59,735 nt of DNA, from contig NC_057717.1 of NCBI RefSeq assembly GCF_004010195.1, positions 27,685,580 through 27,745,314 on the forward strand, read 5' to 3'. The position numbers and the translations under genes were made by a program. The DNA comes from Chiloscyllium plagiosum. Taxonomy: Eukaryota. A model generated the notes under the pieces. It did not search any database. It was given only the letters and a program-made list of their open reading frames with translations, and had not been told where the DNA came from. Positions 1 through 14,115 of the stretch are shown here, one piece after another. Within the stretch, counting starts at the first letter, position 1; the number at the start of each line of letters is the position of its first letter.

Positions 1-852
1 GACAGTGAGGAAGGATTTGGCAGGTTACAGCGGGATATAGATAAGTTGCAGAGCCTGGCAGAAAGGTGGCAAATGGAGTTCAATGTAGTTAAGTGTGAGG
101 TGATTCACTTTGGTAAGAGTAACAAAAAGATGGGGTATTAGGCTAATGGTCGGATACTTGGTAGTGTGGATGAGCAGAGGGATCTTGGTGTCCATGTACA
201 CAGATCTTTGAAAGTTGCCACCCAGGTAAATCGTGCGGTGAAGAAGGCATATGGTGTACTGGCTTTTATTGGTAGAGGAATTGAGTTCTGGAGTCCTGAG
301 GTCATGCTGCAGTTGTATAAGACTCTGGTGCGGCCGCATTTGGAGTATTGTGTGCAGTTTTGGTCGCCATACTATAGGAAGGATGTGGAGGCACTGGAAA
401 GGGCGGAGAGGAGGTTTACCAGGATGTTGCCTGGTATGGTAGGAAGATCGTATGAGGAAAGGCTGAGGCACTTGGGGTTGTTTTCAGTGGAGAAAAGAAG
501 GTTTAGGGGTGACTTGATAGAGAAGTACAAGATGATTAGGGGCTTAGATACAGTTGGCCGTGAGAACCTTTTTCCAGGTATGGAGTCAGCTATTACAAAG
601 GGGAATAGCTTTAAATTAAGGGTGGTAGGTATAGGACAGATGTTAGGGATAGGTTCTTTACTCAGCGAGTCGTGAGTTCATGGAATGCCCTGCCAGTAGC
701 AGTGGTTTGCTCTCCCTCTTTATGGGTATTTAAGCGGGCATTGGATAGGCATATGGAGGATAGTGGGCTAGTGTAGGTTAGGTGGGCTTGGATCGGCGCA
801 ACATCGAGGGCCAAGGGCCTGTACTGCGCTGTATTCTTCTATGTTCTATGTT
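1..852 (+). mobile_element. CR1-clade LINE, 3' end (RT C-terminus, 3'UTR, TTCTATG tail)
   Basis: ORF 166-675 has CR1 C-terminal motifs (RDLGV, LYKTLVRPHLEYCVQFWSPY, LGLFS..RRFRGDLIE); ends in a ttctatgttctatg tail. Confidence 0.95.
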
Positions 853-1254
853 TCTGAGAGATTTGTTTTGTTTGCTTATTTTTTTGCTGAGTTTGAAATT
901 TTGTAATTTTATATATTTCATCTTGTGTTGTTTTGCAAAGTGTATCTAGGGGGCGTCGCCGACTTTTAACTTCTGTCTTATAATATGTTGGAATTTCTTT
1001 ACTCTACTTTGTTATGCCCGGGCCAAGATCATGTCTCTGGCTGGGAGATGTTATGGCGGGATTATTGGAAGGTAGTAGTGCCCCTTGTGAACAAGGGGGA
1101 ATGTCTCTGCTTTATGTTATTTGTTTTTTGGAATGTTCTTAGTTGTTTTGATTTGGCTGTTTTAAAGAGTGTTTATGTGTGAATCATTTTTGGTTTTTAT
1201 CCAATGTCTTTTGGGTGGGGTTCTCCCTCCTGGGGGGTCTCGGGTTTTTTTGGA

Positions 1255-2745
1255 TTATCATGACTAGTTATTCATTTAGCTGGTGCACCTGGAATGTCAT
1301 GGGAGCCACTCACCAATCAAAAGGAACAAGATATTATCAATTCTTAAAAAAGAAAGGGTGGATGTAGCCCTTACACAGGAGACACATCTACATTATAAGG
1401 AGCTGTCAAAGCTGCAATAAGATGGATTTGGCGAATTTGTCTTTTCATCTTTTAGCTCAAAAAGTAGGGGAGTAGCCATTCTCATTCGGAAGAATCTTCC
1501 CGTCCAAATGCTAAGCCAGATAAAAGATGAGTGTGGATGGTATAAGTTAATTAAAGGCCTAATGTATGGCGAGGAATATGGGATGTTGAATCTCCATGCC
1601 CCCGGCGCACGTTTTTAAATTTGTAATGGAAGCGTTCTCCAAGTTGATGGCTCTCGAGGTACACCACACAATTATAGGGGGAGATTTTAATAGCATCATC
1701 GACCCACGGATGGAAAGTATACCTAAGAGCTCAGGGGGCATATCTTTGAAATCTCGGCAGGTGGCAGATCTGAGTAGTGAGTTGTGGCTGGTAGATGTAT
1801 GCAGGTGTTTTCACTCTGAGGGCAGATATCTTACTTTTTAGTCTAAGCCAAACACAGGTGCCACATCAGAATCGACATGTTTCTGTCCCCTCAACGCGTT
1901 TGAACTCAATATTGTTTTGTAAAGTAGGTAATATAATTATTTCCGACCATGACACAGAAATTTAGACTATTGGAGATTAAGACTAGTGATGATGAGAAAG
2001 TTTCCCGACATTGACTATGAACCCTTTCCTATTGAAGGATAGCAAGAACACAAAATATTTCTCGCAGGAATTTAAAACCTTCTGGGATATCAACTCAGGC
2101 ACGGCCAGTAACCCTTCGGTGATGTGGGAGACTGCTAAGGCATACGCGTGAGGCTTGGTTATCTCATACTCTGTGACCCAGAAAAGACAAAAGGGACAAC
2201 AACAGTGTCTGCTCGAGGCTCGCCTGAAGGCGGTTGAGACAGCATATGTTGATAGACCCTCCATTACTAAATTACAGCGGATCACAGCCCTTAGGGTAAC
2301 TTTGAATCACACACTTACTCAAACAGCAAAGAGGGAGATATTATTTGAGAATCAGAGATTATTAGGTTACCGTGACAAGCCTAGCAGGTATCTAGCATAC
2401 CTTTCCAGAAAGAAAAAGGCTCCCCAAGCCATTATATCTATTAGAAAGAGTGCTGGTACCCTGACTTGTGATTATAAAATGATCAATGCAGCGTTTAGAA
2501 AGTTTTATCCCGAATTGTATAGGTCACAGGGCTCTGAGGATAGAACGATGAAGATAGAGTCTTTTTTAAATAAAATCTGGCCCAACCGGGCCTAACCTTG
2601 GAGCAGGTGTTGTTCATGAATGCCCCTCTGGCAACCCAGGAAGTACAGGAGACAGTGAGGCAGCTCCAGAGTGGCAAAGCACCCTGACCAGACAGATTCC
2701 AGGCTGAGTTCTATAAAGAATGTTTTGGGTAATTGGTCATACCAT
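1255..2745 (+). mobile_element. Degraded L1/Tx1-like LINE ORF2, APE endonuclease and linker
   Basis: Across frameshifts: TWNV.G, VDVALTQETHL, IIGGDFN, RIDMF, SDH, WETAKAY, DKPSRYLA and a KAP..D.F remnant; many stops. Confidence 0.85.
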
Positions 2746-4100
2746 GAGACAGCAGTGCGAACCACTGAGTTTCAAGATTAGATTCATACAATATTACCAT
2801 CTGCTGGCCTCTCCACACCACTGCATCAGTGGCACCGTTTATAAATCTCCAAGATAACAAATCCTTTCCTGTGAATCTCTTAAATTGCATGCCGTTTGAT
2901 TTTTCAAATAATATCTTTGGAAGCACAGATCAGTTTTGTCTGACACTAAGCGATGTTGTTCCTGCATCATTCTCAACACCACTGGGCCTTTTTCGGGACC
3001 TTTCAATACTTTCTCACATAATTTTTAAGCATTTCTACTCACAGAATGAGAAATAAATTCATCTCATTGCCTGACAAAATGGTTCAGTCAGAGGTGAGCA
3101 TTTCCAGTCTGACAGGTCCATGTATATTTGCAACCCTCCATCTACCAGCATTGTGTGTGTGTGTTGACAGTGCTGTCAGTGTAGATGGTGCTGTGAACGG
3201 CTGCCCTCCCTCTCTCCCTCCCTGCCACTGTAACTGCAGTAGGATGGGGAGGCCAGCTGAGGGAGAGATTGACTCATTTTCAGCACCACAGAGACTATCA
3301 GACCTGCACCTGCGTATAGATACTCACAGAGTGAAATGCAGACACACAGGTACAAGGGGTGAGAGGGGAGATGGATATTGGATACTCCGCCAACTGGCTT
3401 GGCCGTTTCTGTCCTATTGCAAGCTGTACCTCCTGGAATAGGAGACGGGGAGGGATGGAGTAAATGTGGGAGTGGATGACCCTGCTGTTAGTGCTTGTAT
3501 AGGTGGTGGGGGGAGATATTGACGTGCCCAGAGGGAGTCAGTCAACAGTGTTGTATCCATGCAGTGCTATTAGTGAGGGAGATATAGTACAGGGGAGAGT
3601 GAGGGGGAGGTGCTGCATGCAACAGTAAAAGTGGTGGAGCATGAGCCTTGTTTGGGGGTAGGTGCTGTAACAGATATACAGTGAGTGTGAGGGAGCAGAG
3701 AGAATATGATGACCGTTACACTGACAGAGCGGGGAAGGTTATTGATGCTTGTGCTGTATTGCTGGACATTTCTTCAGACCGCAGATACTGCACTGATCTC
3801 AGACCATACTCGGTGGGTCTGGTGGTGTGGCTCTCTCAAGGACGAGAATGGTCCACCTCTGTTCTAGCCCATCCACCAGGATCTCTGTACCCCTGTGAAC
3901 AAACTGTGGTGTAATTGCCCATTATCTGCCATGCTCAGGGTAAACTGTGCATGGCAGCATCAACCTGAGAAAGCTCAAATATATGGAGAACCAGCCATTT
4001 GGATACAAAACTGGCTCAAAAGTAGGAGACAGAGGGTAGTGGTCAAGGCTTGCAATATCCTAGCAAAGGTTTGCAATGCTCCCCCTGCTGGGCAGATAGT

Positions 4101-4366
4101 CCAGTTTATGGAGTAGTCCACCAGCACGGGCTGCACAGCTCTCCATCGTCGCCGTTACCTTACCCCTGTTTATGGAGTAATCCACTAGCACGGTCTGCAC
4201 AACTCTCCACCTTAGCCGTTACCTTACCCCAGTTTATGGAGTAATCCACTAGCACGGTCTGCACAGCTCTCAATCTTAGTCGTTACTTTACCCCAGTTTA
4301 TGGATTAATCCACTAGCACGGTCTGCACAGCTCTCCATCTTAGCAGTTACTTTTCCCCAGTTCATG
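4101..4366. repeat. 64-bp minisatellite, about 4 copies
   Basis: Anchor gtt(t/c)atg recurs at 4104, 4168, 4232, 4296 and 4360; unit core ggagtaatccactagcacggtctgcacagctctcc. Confidence 0.95.
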
Positions 4367-5129
4367 TTGTCTGGGCTGGTTCTGTGAAGCCGATTCAGAA
4401 TTTGAGGCAATGGACCATTCTAGCGGATCTGACAATGTCTCTGTTCAATGTTTGCTTTCTTGGGATTTGATTCACAATTGTCTTATTTATCCCATTATTC
4501 ATCTCCTTATCCATAGTTTCGGTAGGTTATCAGTTAATAAATTACTTGGTTTTTTTTCTGTCTCTTTCCCTGGCCTTAGTTTTTGACTCCCTCGTGCATC
4601 GAGTGTTGGCATGGTGAAACTCTGAAACATTGAAATGCTGTGTGTCAGGCTGTTGTTCGCTGCCCGATGTGTCCCGTGTGGTGCTCCATGGACGGCGGTG
4701 TTCCTGCAGCTCTGACTCTCATGTTTGAAACTTGGTATGCCCCTACTCACGGAACGCCTCTGTTTGTCTCTCGCAGTTGATTGTGCGGTCATTAACACGA
4801 GGAAAATCCTGGCGTATAATTGTAAAGGATCAGGCAACTAACTTGTAGGTGTGGGGCTTCTGACTGACCCTTGTTATTGAAAAGGTAGTGGAGGTGCTAA
4901 CGATGAGTTGCTGGAAGTTGTACTGTGAGCTGCCTGAGACATTCAGGGAGACTTGAGGATTTGGTGATCCAACTCTGGATGGAACATGGGGACTGTAGTT
5001 ACTGCATCTGGGTCTGTAACATGAACAACAAATGAAGCAGAGGCTGCAGAGAGGGGAAGCTCTGAAACCACCGAGTGAGTGCGTATGCGGAAAGGGATCT
5101 GTTATATCTGTCTGTGTTTTTGCCTGGAC

Positions 5130-5935
5130 AAGCACACCCTCTCACTCTCCCCGTTACATACGCCGATGCGCACTCTCCGTATCTGCTCCACTCACACCCT
5201 CCCTCTCTCACATGCGCACTCCACGCTGTCACATGCACGCAATGCACACGCAGCCTCTCTCTCTCCCTCCCGCACTCACACACACACACCTCACTTTCTC
5301 TCACGTACACAGTGTCTCTCTCGCCCCTTCACACAGACACGTCCTCTTTCTCACACATACGCACACGCAATTGAACAGACATGTATGCACATATACATCT
5401 GTGGGGTGTATTTGCATTTGCTCATTTGTATTTGCAGATGCATTTTATTTTGTTCAAAAAACGTACAATTTGTAGACAGTCAGTTAATGTGATATTTTAT
5501 AAACTCCTACTTTGTAAATAAAACCAGTCTGACTCCAGATGAAGACACAGGCAGCGTCCAAACAAAGTCTCACGCTTGGAATACATTGTCTGACTGCAAG
5601 CGTTATTTGATTTCCCTGAAAGTATCTTTCGGTAGTGACTTGAAATAAATTCTGCGATTTGCATAATAATGAATCAAACTAGCATCTCCATTCTAACTGA
5701 TTAAGTATTTAAGAACCATCTTAGGTGTATACAATTCGTGTGCATAAGTTGTACAACCCTTTGATCTTTCCCTTATAACTTCTGTGTTTAAGGTTTTCCT
5801 CTTTCTTACACCTAATGAAGGAGCAGCGCAATGAAACCTTATGTTTACAAATAAAGTCATTGGACTCTAACCTTGTGTGATTTGATTTTTGACCTTGTCC
5901 AACGCAGTCCAAAACCAGCGGCTCCATATCATGGT
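5130..5935 (+). mobile_element. Penelope-like element 3' region (CA/CT-rich tract plus terminal repeat with degenerate hammerhead motif)
   Basis: Low-complexity (CA)/(CT) tract, then cctaatgaaggagcagcgcaatgaaacc at ~5811-5838 (degenerate CUGAUGA...GAAAC) and an aataaa-containing terminus. Confidence 0.55.
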
Positions 5936-5944
5936 GTTTACTGG

Positions 5945-8120
5945 TTAGCTAGTCCTCTCGCCTCGCAAGTAAATTGTTCCTAACCCCATGTGTTATTGTC
6001 TTGCATATTAATCTTTTCCGAGGCACGTTATGCACTGATGTCTGGAAGTCCAGATATAATACATCTATAGGATCCCCATTATCCACCTTGCTAATTACGT
6101 TTTTGTTTTCCCAGAAGCTGGATAAGCTCGGATTGTTTACTTTGGAGCAGAGAAGGCTGAGGGGGATGTGATTCAGAAGGATGAGATTACGAGGCTCATG
6201 GACAGGGTGGATAGACAACAGCTGTTCCTATTAATCAAAGGGGCAAAAACAAGGGAACACACTTTGAAGTGAAGGGTTTGAGGATAAGAGAGGATTTGAG
6301 GATTGTTATTCACCCAGATGGTGTTGGGGTCTGGAATGTACTTCCTGAGAGTGGAGTTGTTATGGTAACCACATAACAGCTAAATAGGACTTGGGCGAGC
6401 TCTTGAAGTGTTATAACGTTCCTGCTTGCAGGCTTCATGTTGGAGAGTGGGAATAGTGTAGACTATGCTGTATTTCGGACGGTACAAAGACTATGCACCT
6501 ATGACTTTATGGCGTGGACATGAATTGATGGGTTCTGAAGAGAATATTAACAAGAATTATAAGGGTGAACTGTCAATGGAAAGGGTTAGAGAAAACAAGT
6601 GCACCTTCGTTACAGTCTGAACCCAGAGGAAGGAGAATAGAGAACAGCAATTACTTCAGCTCAGCCTTCACAGAATAAATCAAACGAAACAAATCAAATC
6701 TTCCCAGGAAGACTGGAAAGCCTAAGTCTCGAGAGAAAAATAATGAAATTAATAAATAAATGCTTTGGGAGAAATTATTTGGGCTGAAAGTATGGTTGAA
6801 TTTAGAATACAGATGGAAGGTGAGAAGGTGAAGTCCAATACCAGGGTTCTGTGCTTACTCAAAGTAGACAGCAATAGGATGAGGGAAGAGTTAGCTAAAG
6901 TTGACTGGAAGCAAACACTTTATGGTAGAACCATTGATGAACAAGTGTTCAGCAACATCATAGAATAGTGAAATGGAAGGACTGTAGGAAAAAGGGTAAT
7001 CTGCCACGGATGTCTCAGGAAATAAGGGAGGCTATCAAAATAAATAAATGTCATAAATAATGGCAAAGACAAGTAGGAAACTTGAAGATTGTGAAAACTT
7101 TAAAGGTCAAACGTGAGCAACAAAAAAGCTAGCAAGAAACATAAGATAGATTATGAGAGTAAACTACCTCAGAATATAAATTCAAACAGCTGCCATTTGA
7201 TCTCTTTTAAATCTCTTCCCTCTCACCTTAAACTTATCCTCTCTGGTGCTGGACACCTCCACCCTGGTAAAAGACCTTGGCTATTTATCCTATCCATGCC
7301 ACGCATGATTTTATAAACCTCTGTAAGTTCATCCCTGCCTCTCCATATATCTCAAAATCTCCCATTTCCGTCACATCCCATTTTAAATACTTTTGTCCAC
7401 TTTCCAGGTTATAACATCCTTCCTATAACAGGGCGACAAGAATTGTACTCAGTACTCCAAATGTGGCCTTACCATTCTCTTGTACAGCCACAACATGATG
7501 CCCCAATTCCTAAGGTCAATGCTCTGACCGATGAAGATAAGCGTGCCTAATGCCTTCTTCACCGCGCTGTCTACCTGCGACTCCACTTTCAAAGAAGTAT
7601 GTACCTGCACACTAGGTCTCTTTGTTCGAATATACTCCCCAGTGTCCTACCGCTAACTGTATAAATCCTGCTCTAGTTTGTCTAACAAACTGCAACACCT
7701 CACATTTGTCGGCATGAAGTTCTACCTGCCAATCCTCAGCCCACTTTCCCAGTTGATCAAGATCTCATTGTTCTCTAAGATAACCTTCTTCACTGTCCAC
7801 TATTAACACCCATTTTGGGTTTTTTGTCTACGAACTTACTAGCCATGGTCCCTATATTCTCATCCAAATAATTTACAATAACAATGAACAGCAGCAGCCT
7901 GGTCCTTGTGGCAAACCGCTGGTCACAGGCCTCCAGTTTGAACAACAGATCTCTCCCAGCACCATCCAGCTCTTACTGTCAAGCCAATTTTGTATCTAAT
8001 TAGCTTGCTTTCCTTAATCCTCTGCGATGTAACCTTATTAACCAGGCTACCATGAGGAACCCTTGTTGGGCTTCACTAACGTTCACGTAGACAACGTTTG
8101 GTGCTTTACCTTCATCTATC
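5945..8120. mobile_element. Cluster of old CR1 LINE fragments in both orientations
   Basis: Minus-strand VDNGDPIDVLYLDF (5949-6105); plus-strand LGLFTLEQRRLRG 3' fragment; plus-strand linker 6770-7185; minus-strand RT/3' fragment 7200-8120. Confidence 0.8.
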
Positions 8121-8124
8121 TATG

Positions 8125-8405
8125 AGCGGCACGGTGGCCCCATGGGTGGCGCGGTGGCTCAGTGGTTAGCACTGCTGCCTCACAGCGTCAGAGACCCGGG
8201 TTCAATTCCCACCGTAACTGTCTGTTCGGATTTTGCACATTCTTCCTGTATCTGCGTGGGTTTCCTCCCACAGTCCAAAGATGTGCAGGTTAGGTGAATT
8301 GCCCGTAGTGTTAGTTGGATTAGTCAGGGGTAAATATAGTGGGGTTGGGTTGCTCTTCGAAGGGTCGGTGTGGATTTGTTGAAGGGCCTATTTGCACACT
8401 GCAGG
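8125..8405 (+). mobile_element. tRNA-derived shark SINE (HE1/V-SINE type)
   Basis: A-box tggctcagtggttag, B-box gggttcaattccc, central tttgcacattct...tctgcgtgggtttcc, and a CR1-like tail. Confidence 0.85.
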
Positions 8406-8803
8406 TAATCAAATCTACCTTCCAGATCACCTCTTCAAAAACTGAAATCTAGTCTTGAGACATGGATTCTCAGACACAAAGCCGTGCTGAATATCCCTAA
8501 TCAGTCCTTGCCTTTCCAAATGCATGTAAATCTGCCTCTCGGAATCTCCTACAAGCATTTACCCACCCTTGATATCAAATTCACTGGTCTGTAGATTCCT
8601 GGGTTTTCCTGGCATCCTTGTTACACATAATGCAACAATATTAGCTGTCTTCCTGTCCTCCAGCACCTCAACCGTAGCTGATAATGATACACAAAAGAAA
8701 GTCAAGAGAACTACAGATTTTGTAAACCAGAAACGAAGACAGAAATGTGCTGGAAAAGCTCAGAAGGTCTGTCAGCATCTGTGCAGAGAAATCAAAGTTA
8801 ATG

Positions 8804-9498
8804 TATTACAACACAGGGTAAAACCCCCGCCCCTCCACAAACCGCGCGCTAATTTAACCCGTGCTGTAACCTGTAAAAATTCGGAAGGCCAAGAACCATC
8901 CTAAAGGTCAGTATTTAAAGTAAACATTAACAACTTTTTTAAAGTCTAACAGAGAATAATTAACTAACAACTATTTCTCTGACTATCTTTTACTTTCCCT
9001 TCTACAATACTGGACTGATAAAAACACCCCAATTAAGATTGACGAATACATCCAAATTTCAGAACCAGCCAGCTGTCGAATCGTCTGTTTGTATCTGCCT
9101 CTATCCTGTTTGCTTCTCCTTAAAGTTTCTGTTTCACAGGTCATTGATAAATAAAGGTACATTTAAGAGAGCTATTGTCTGGGCAGTCTGCCTATTTTGC
9201 TGGCACGGCAGTTCTCCCGCAACTTTTCAATTTTCTTTTGGTTTTATACCCCAAAACAGCGGGTCAATTCTGTTTTTTAAAAAAATTGTCAAAATGCCAA
9301 ATTCAAATTCGAGTGTAGTTTAGTTTCTTGGGACATAATTTAAACTGATTGATCGAATTTGATTTTTTTTGTCTCATAGTAAACCAGGTTCTGCCAGCTT
9401 CTGTATCAAATGTTACATTCTAAATATTGCAGAGCACACTGTGTTTGCAAATCCTTCAACTCCCTTAAAGGTACAGTACCCTTTACACGTTCCTAACA
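8804..9498 (-). repeat. 3' LTR of Gypsy copy 1
   Basis: Alignable by eye to 14116-14833 (tatttaaagtaaa..ttaacaac; caaatgttacatt; cttaaaggta...cacgttc.taaca). Confidence 0.8.
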
Positions 9499-10879
9499 CC
9501 TTCCCTCTCCAAAAAGAACCATCATAATGAAAACGTGTTATCATTTGCTTCTCTATTCTTTAAACATATTACCACAACATACAGATAACTTAAACCTAAG
9601 TTCACCTTAACTTCTTCCCATATGCCTATCATTGGATTAATACAAATCTTGTCTAAACTTTATCAGTTAAATCTGTGAGAACACATCAGTGATTACATTT
9701 TTTACGACATGCTATATGTACAATTTTTAGATTTAAAGTCTGTAATATATGACTCCAATGTAAAACTCTTTAAAGCGTTTAAAGAATATAAGATGATTGG
9801 GATCCGTGTTTACAACAGTCTCCAACAAGCTGTTTGTGAGTACACATTAAAAAGTTATTAGGCTAGTACCAAACTCAAGAGTTATTTCACAGTTATGGAA
9901 TATTTTCTATGTTGGAGGTTGAGTTTCTTTGAAAAGTACAATCACATCTCATCGTCCTGTTGCAGTATAGCTCCAACTCCAATGCCACTATCGTCGATGG
10001 CTACTTTGAAAAGTTTTGAAGTGTTTGTTGGAGCTGAAACTGGTTTGGTGGTCAATATTTCTTTTTAATGGTCGAAAGCCTCCTGGCATTGTTCTGCCCA
10101 CCAAAACTTTGTATTCTTCTTCAGCAAGTCGTTTAACGGTGCCACTACACTGCTGACGGTTGGAACAAACTTCTGAAAGAGTTCCTCAGAACCTTTCGTC
10201 TTTGCGTTCCATGGGGTCAACCTTCCATGACCGATATTTTTGTCCCAAGAACATTACGTCTGCTTTCACGAATACAGTTTTGTTTAATTTTATCACCAGG
10301 TTTTTTTCTTGTATTTGCTCAAAAGGCTCTGTCAACTGTACCAAGTGATCTTTCCAGAACTAACTAAGGATCACTACATCGTCCAAATGGACTGCACAGT
10401 TTATTAGTCAGGCCACAATTCTGTCCATGAGTCTTTGGAATGGTTTGGGTGTGTTTGTCATTCCAAAGGGCATCAGTTTGAATTGATACAGTCTATTTGG
10501 CGTTCCAATTGAGAAATGTCTTTTAATAAAGGTACCTGACAGAAACTACGTATTTCGTCCAACTTGGTGATGTATCTGACTTGTCCAAATTTCTCGATAC
10601 AGTCCTCCAATGTCGGTATTGGATACAAGTCTGACTTTGTAACAGTTTTGACCTTCAAATAATCCAGCCAAAATCATTGAGTCCCATCCGGTTTCGGAAC
10701 TAAGATGATCAGCAAGCTCGACTCACTCTGGCTTGGTTCGATGATGACCTCATTGAGCAAGACCTCAACCTCCTTCTGGACCGGTCTGGCTTTGAGAGGA
10801 TTAAGACGATATGGATGTTGTTTTATCGGAACAGTATTCCCAAGTCTACTTCATGTACAATAGCATTAGTCCTGCCCAA

Positions 10880-11011
10880 ACTCAGATTTCTCCAGTTTCC
10901 TAATTTCCCCTCCCCCCACCTTGTCTCAGTCAAATCCCTCGAACTCAGCACCGCCTGTTCCTTGGATGCTGCCTGACCTGCTGCGCTTTTCCAGCAGCAC
11001 ATTTTCAGCTC
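10880..11011 (+). mobile_element. Penelope-type terminal fragment inserted in Gypsy pol
   Basis: ggatgctgcctgacctgctgcgcttttccagca is shared with 32590-32640 and 30555-30590. Confidence 0.7.
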
Positions 11012-13130
11012 CTCCCCATATTATTCTTACGTATGTCCTCATACTGCAGTAACAAATCTTTCAACTGCGTTCTATGCTCCTGAGACAGATAGTTTACTAA
11101 CCTATCCCACTGCTCAAGGACTTCTACTTTTTAAGCATATTTTGAGGCACGTCAAAATTCGCAACGTTTGTATTTGATTCCTCACTCTGTGAGGCAGTAA
11201 CTAACACCTGTTTTTCCAATTCTTTCTCTCCTCTACTTTTCAGGAGGGGACGTACACACTCAGTTATAACCCAAAAGGAGGGGCCTTCGAATGTGGGAAT
11301 TGGCAACAGAGATGCTAGTTTAATTACTGCCTGTGGCCTACCTACTATTTGGCATGTATGACACGTTTGCCAAAAGTTAACCACATCTGTGTGCATTCCA
11401 GGTCAATAAAAATGTTTTTGTCCCTTAGCCTGAGCCTTTCGTACCACTCGGTGACCTGCCACAGGTAGTTCACGTGCTACCTGTAACACTTTCCTGTCTC
11501 TATGCCACTGGCAACATAATCTGGTGCACTTCAGCACATTACTCCTCTGCACTAACTTGCCGTAGTCTCCACTTCCTACTTAGGATGCTATATTTCTGGC
11601 AATAATCCACAGGAACATCTATGCCTCACTCTCGGAGTACGCATCCACATATATATCTTTTATCATCTTGCCTGTCTGTTGCCAATCCCTTAGCCTTTCA
11701 GGACTAAACACCTCTGTCTGATCCTCTCTTTGTTCATGATTTACCTGCACCATTACGTCAAACAGGATGTCACCTAACAGAACCTTAACTCCTTCATCGT
11801 TTTCTTATTTTGTGCTTCCTGCTGTGACTTATGAAAGTGGGATCTGGATACTGTACAGTCTGGGAAAATACCAGTATATTTCTGTTTTAACTCCTCAGTT
11901 TCTTGGTCTTCCTTGGGCTTCTACACAATGAGTGGTATCACTCCCAACTTGGACCCTTCTAAACCATTCTCAAGAACAAACTGGATTCCTGGAACTGACA
12001 CTCCGTCAGTCACTTCATCGGTTACTTCCCCAGACTTGAGTAGGCACTCCAACCTGATCTTATGTAGAGGAATGCTAAATTTCTGTCTAACTATCCCACA
12101 AATTGCGACACTCCCGGGTAACAGATCATAAAGACTGCAAATTTGCTTATCTCTTACTATTAGAAACTGGTTATATTCTGTATCTCTCAAAATGATAACT
12201 TCTTCTCCTTCTCCCCTGTTGTTTCTGAGTAGACTATACTCACAGAAGCGAATTCTTGACAGAGATCAGATACTAACTCCATACCCAGCCCGTGACTAGG
12301 CTATGCACATTCCTGCAGCTTTTCAGTTCTTGTTGGAGTTTCCTTTAATACTTTCACTAATGACACTGGCTTAACCTATTTTACCACATCTTCTCCCACA
12401 ATGCCTTTCTTAATGACCAGCACTGTGACCTTACATTTCCCATCTTATGGTAGTGGAAATACCTTTTATCATGCCCTACTGAAACCACCGGCACAGAAAT
12501 TGTCTGTGTCCCACTCCATGACAGTAAAAATACTTGAGGCCTTTCACCTCCTTTCCATTCTCTTGGGCATCTTCTTTAACCTGTGGTAAATTCTTATTCT
12601 CTACTCTTTCTTTTATACTGTAGCATCTCCCCTTCTCGCAAATTCTATCCTTCGCAGGACGAAATTCTGGCTGGAAGCTTGTCATATGCAACAACATGTA
12701 TTCATCTGCTAATTCTCCTGCTCTTCTCAATTCCTGAACTTTCTGTTCCTCAACATGAATTCTTATCATCTCTGGAAGTGAGTTCTTCAACTCCTTCAGC
12801 AGAATAATCTCCATTCGAGCCTCACATGTCGTATCTATCTTTAAAGCAAGCATCCATCTATCAAAATGCCCATGTTTAGTTCTTTCAAACTCAACCTAAG
12901 TCTGACCTGGTTCCTCCTTTATTTTACTGTACTACTATCTATATGTTTCTGGTACCAGTTTGTGAGCACTTCAAACAACTTGGTTGACGTCTTCAGAATC
13001 TCTTAACTCCTCATTTGACAGCGGAGAATATATTTCACTCACCCTACCTACCACTTTATTGCGAACTTGCATCCCCCATAAATCCTTGGACCATTCTATC
13101 TGCCTAGCCACGTCTTCAATGATAAAAGGC

Positions 13131-13416
13131 TAGATTACTTACAGTGCGGAAGCAGGCCCTTCGGCCCAACAAGTCCACACCGACCCGCCGAAGCACAACC
13201 CACCCAGACCCATTCCCCTACATTTACCCAACAGTACAGGCAAATTAGCATGGCCTTTTAACCTAACCTACAAATGTAGGGATTGTGGGAGGAAACCCAC
13301 GCAGACACGGGGAGATTCTGCAAACTCCACAAAGTCAGTCGCCTGAAGCGAGAATTGAACTCGGGTTTCCGGCGCTGTGAGGCAGCAGTGCTAACCACTG
13401 TGCCACCATGCCGCCC
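13131..13416 (-). mobile_element. HE1/V-SINE-type SINE inserted into Gypsy gag
   Basis: Reverse complement starts gggcggcatggtggcacagtggttagcactgctgcctcacagcgcc; same family as 8125-8405; interrupts gag. Confidence 0.9.
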
Positions 13417-14115
13417 TTCAACTAAACTGCTTCAACATTTTTCTCATCAAAATGTTTCAGCGTTTTGACATATTTGTATGTATCACTATCTTCCCTTTTA
13501 ATCTCCATCCTGTTAACTTGACTTTGCTGACTAAATCGCAACATCTCAAGTTCAAATTCTCTCTTTTTGCTCAGCTGTGAACATTCTCTCCTTTTTTTCT
13601 CTCTTTCTCTTCTGTCTTGCTTTCTGTTTCTTCTCTCTCTCTCTTTCACTCTCCTTTGTTTATCTTTACACTCCATTTTCCTCAACTACAATTTAAGTTG
13701 TTTTTCCACTGTGCTGCACTTGTCGTTTTTCTCTGACACACCTTCGTGTTTGAGCAATTTCCTGACAATGTCAGCTTTACTTTTGTCTTTGGTTAAACAC
13801 AAAACTATGCACTTCGCTAACTCTAAACGTTTGGCCTTTATCTTTCTTTTTAAACTTTCTTGGCAAATTTGAGAATCATCATCAAACCTCTCTTAACATT
13901 TTAAGAGCCATTTCTCTCACTTTTAATTGAACCAACCACAAGTTATCGAAATTAAAAAAAAGTCTCCATGACATTTTATTTAAAGATCTCAGACACTAAC
14001 GTGCAAATGTTTAAATATACTGTGCTTTTTTCATGCCTCAAATCTATTCAAATATACCCAGATCTCAGTTTGGATTTGTCAAAACCTGTTCAAATCGCGG
14101 ACAAAGCCCTCAAAC

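Noticed and set aside
2745-3900. Short ORFs in apparently unique sequence
   Set aside because: No recognisable domain or consistent exon structure.
4101-4366. CRISPR-like regular repeats
   Set aside because: Units are contiguous with no unique spacers, there are no cas genes, and the DNA is vertebrate.
4999-5492. Several overlapping His/Thr/Cys-rich ORFs
   Set aside because: Translations of (CA)/(CT) low-complexity sequence.
8145-8215. tRNA-like sequence with A and B boxes
   Set aside because: It is the head of a SINE, followed by SINE body and tail, not a tRNA gene.
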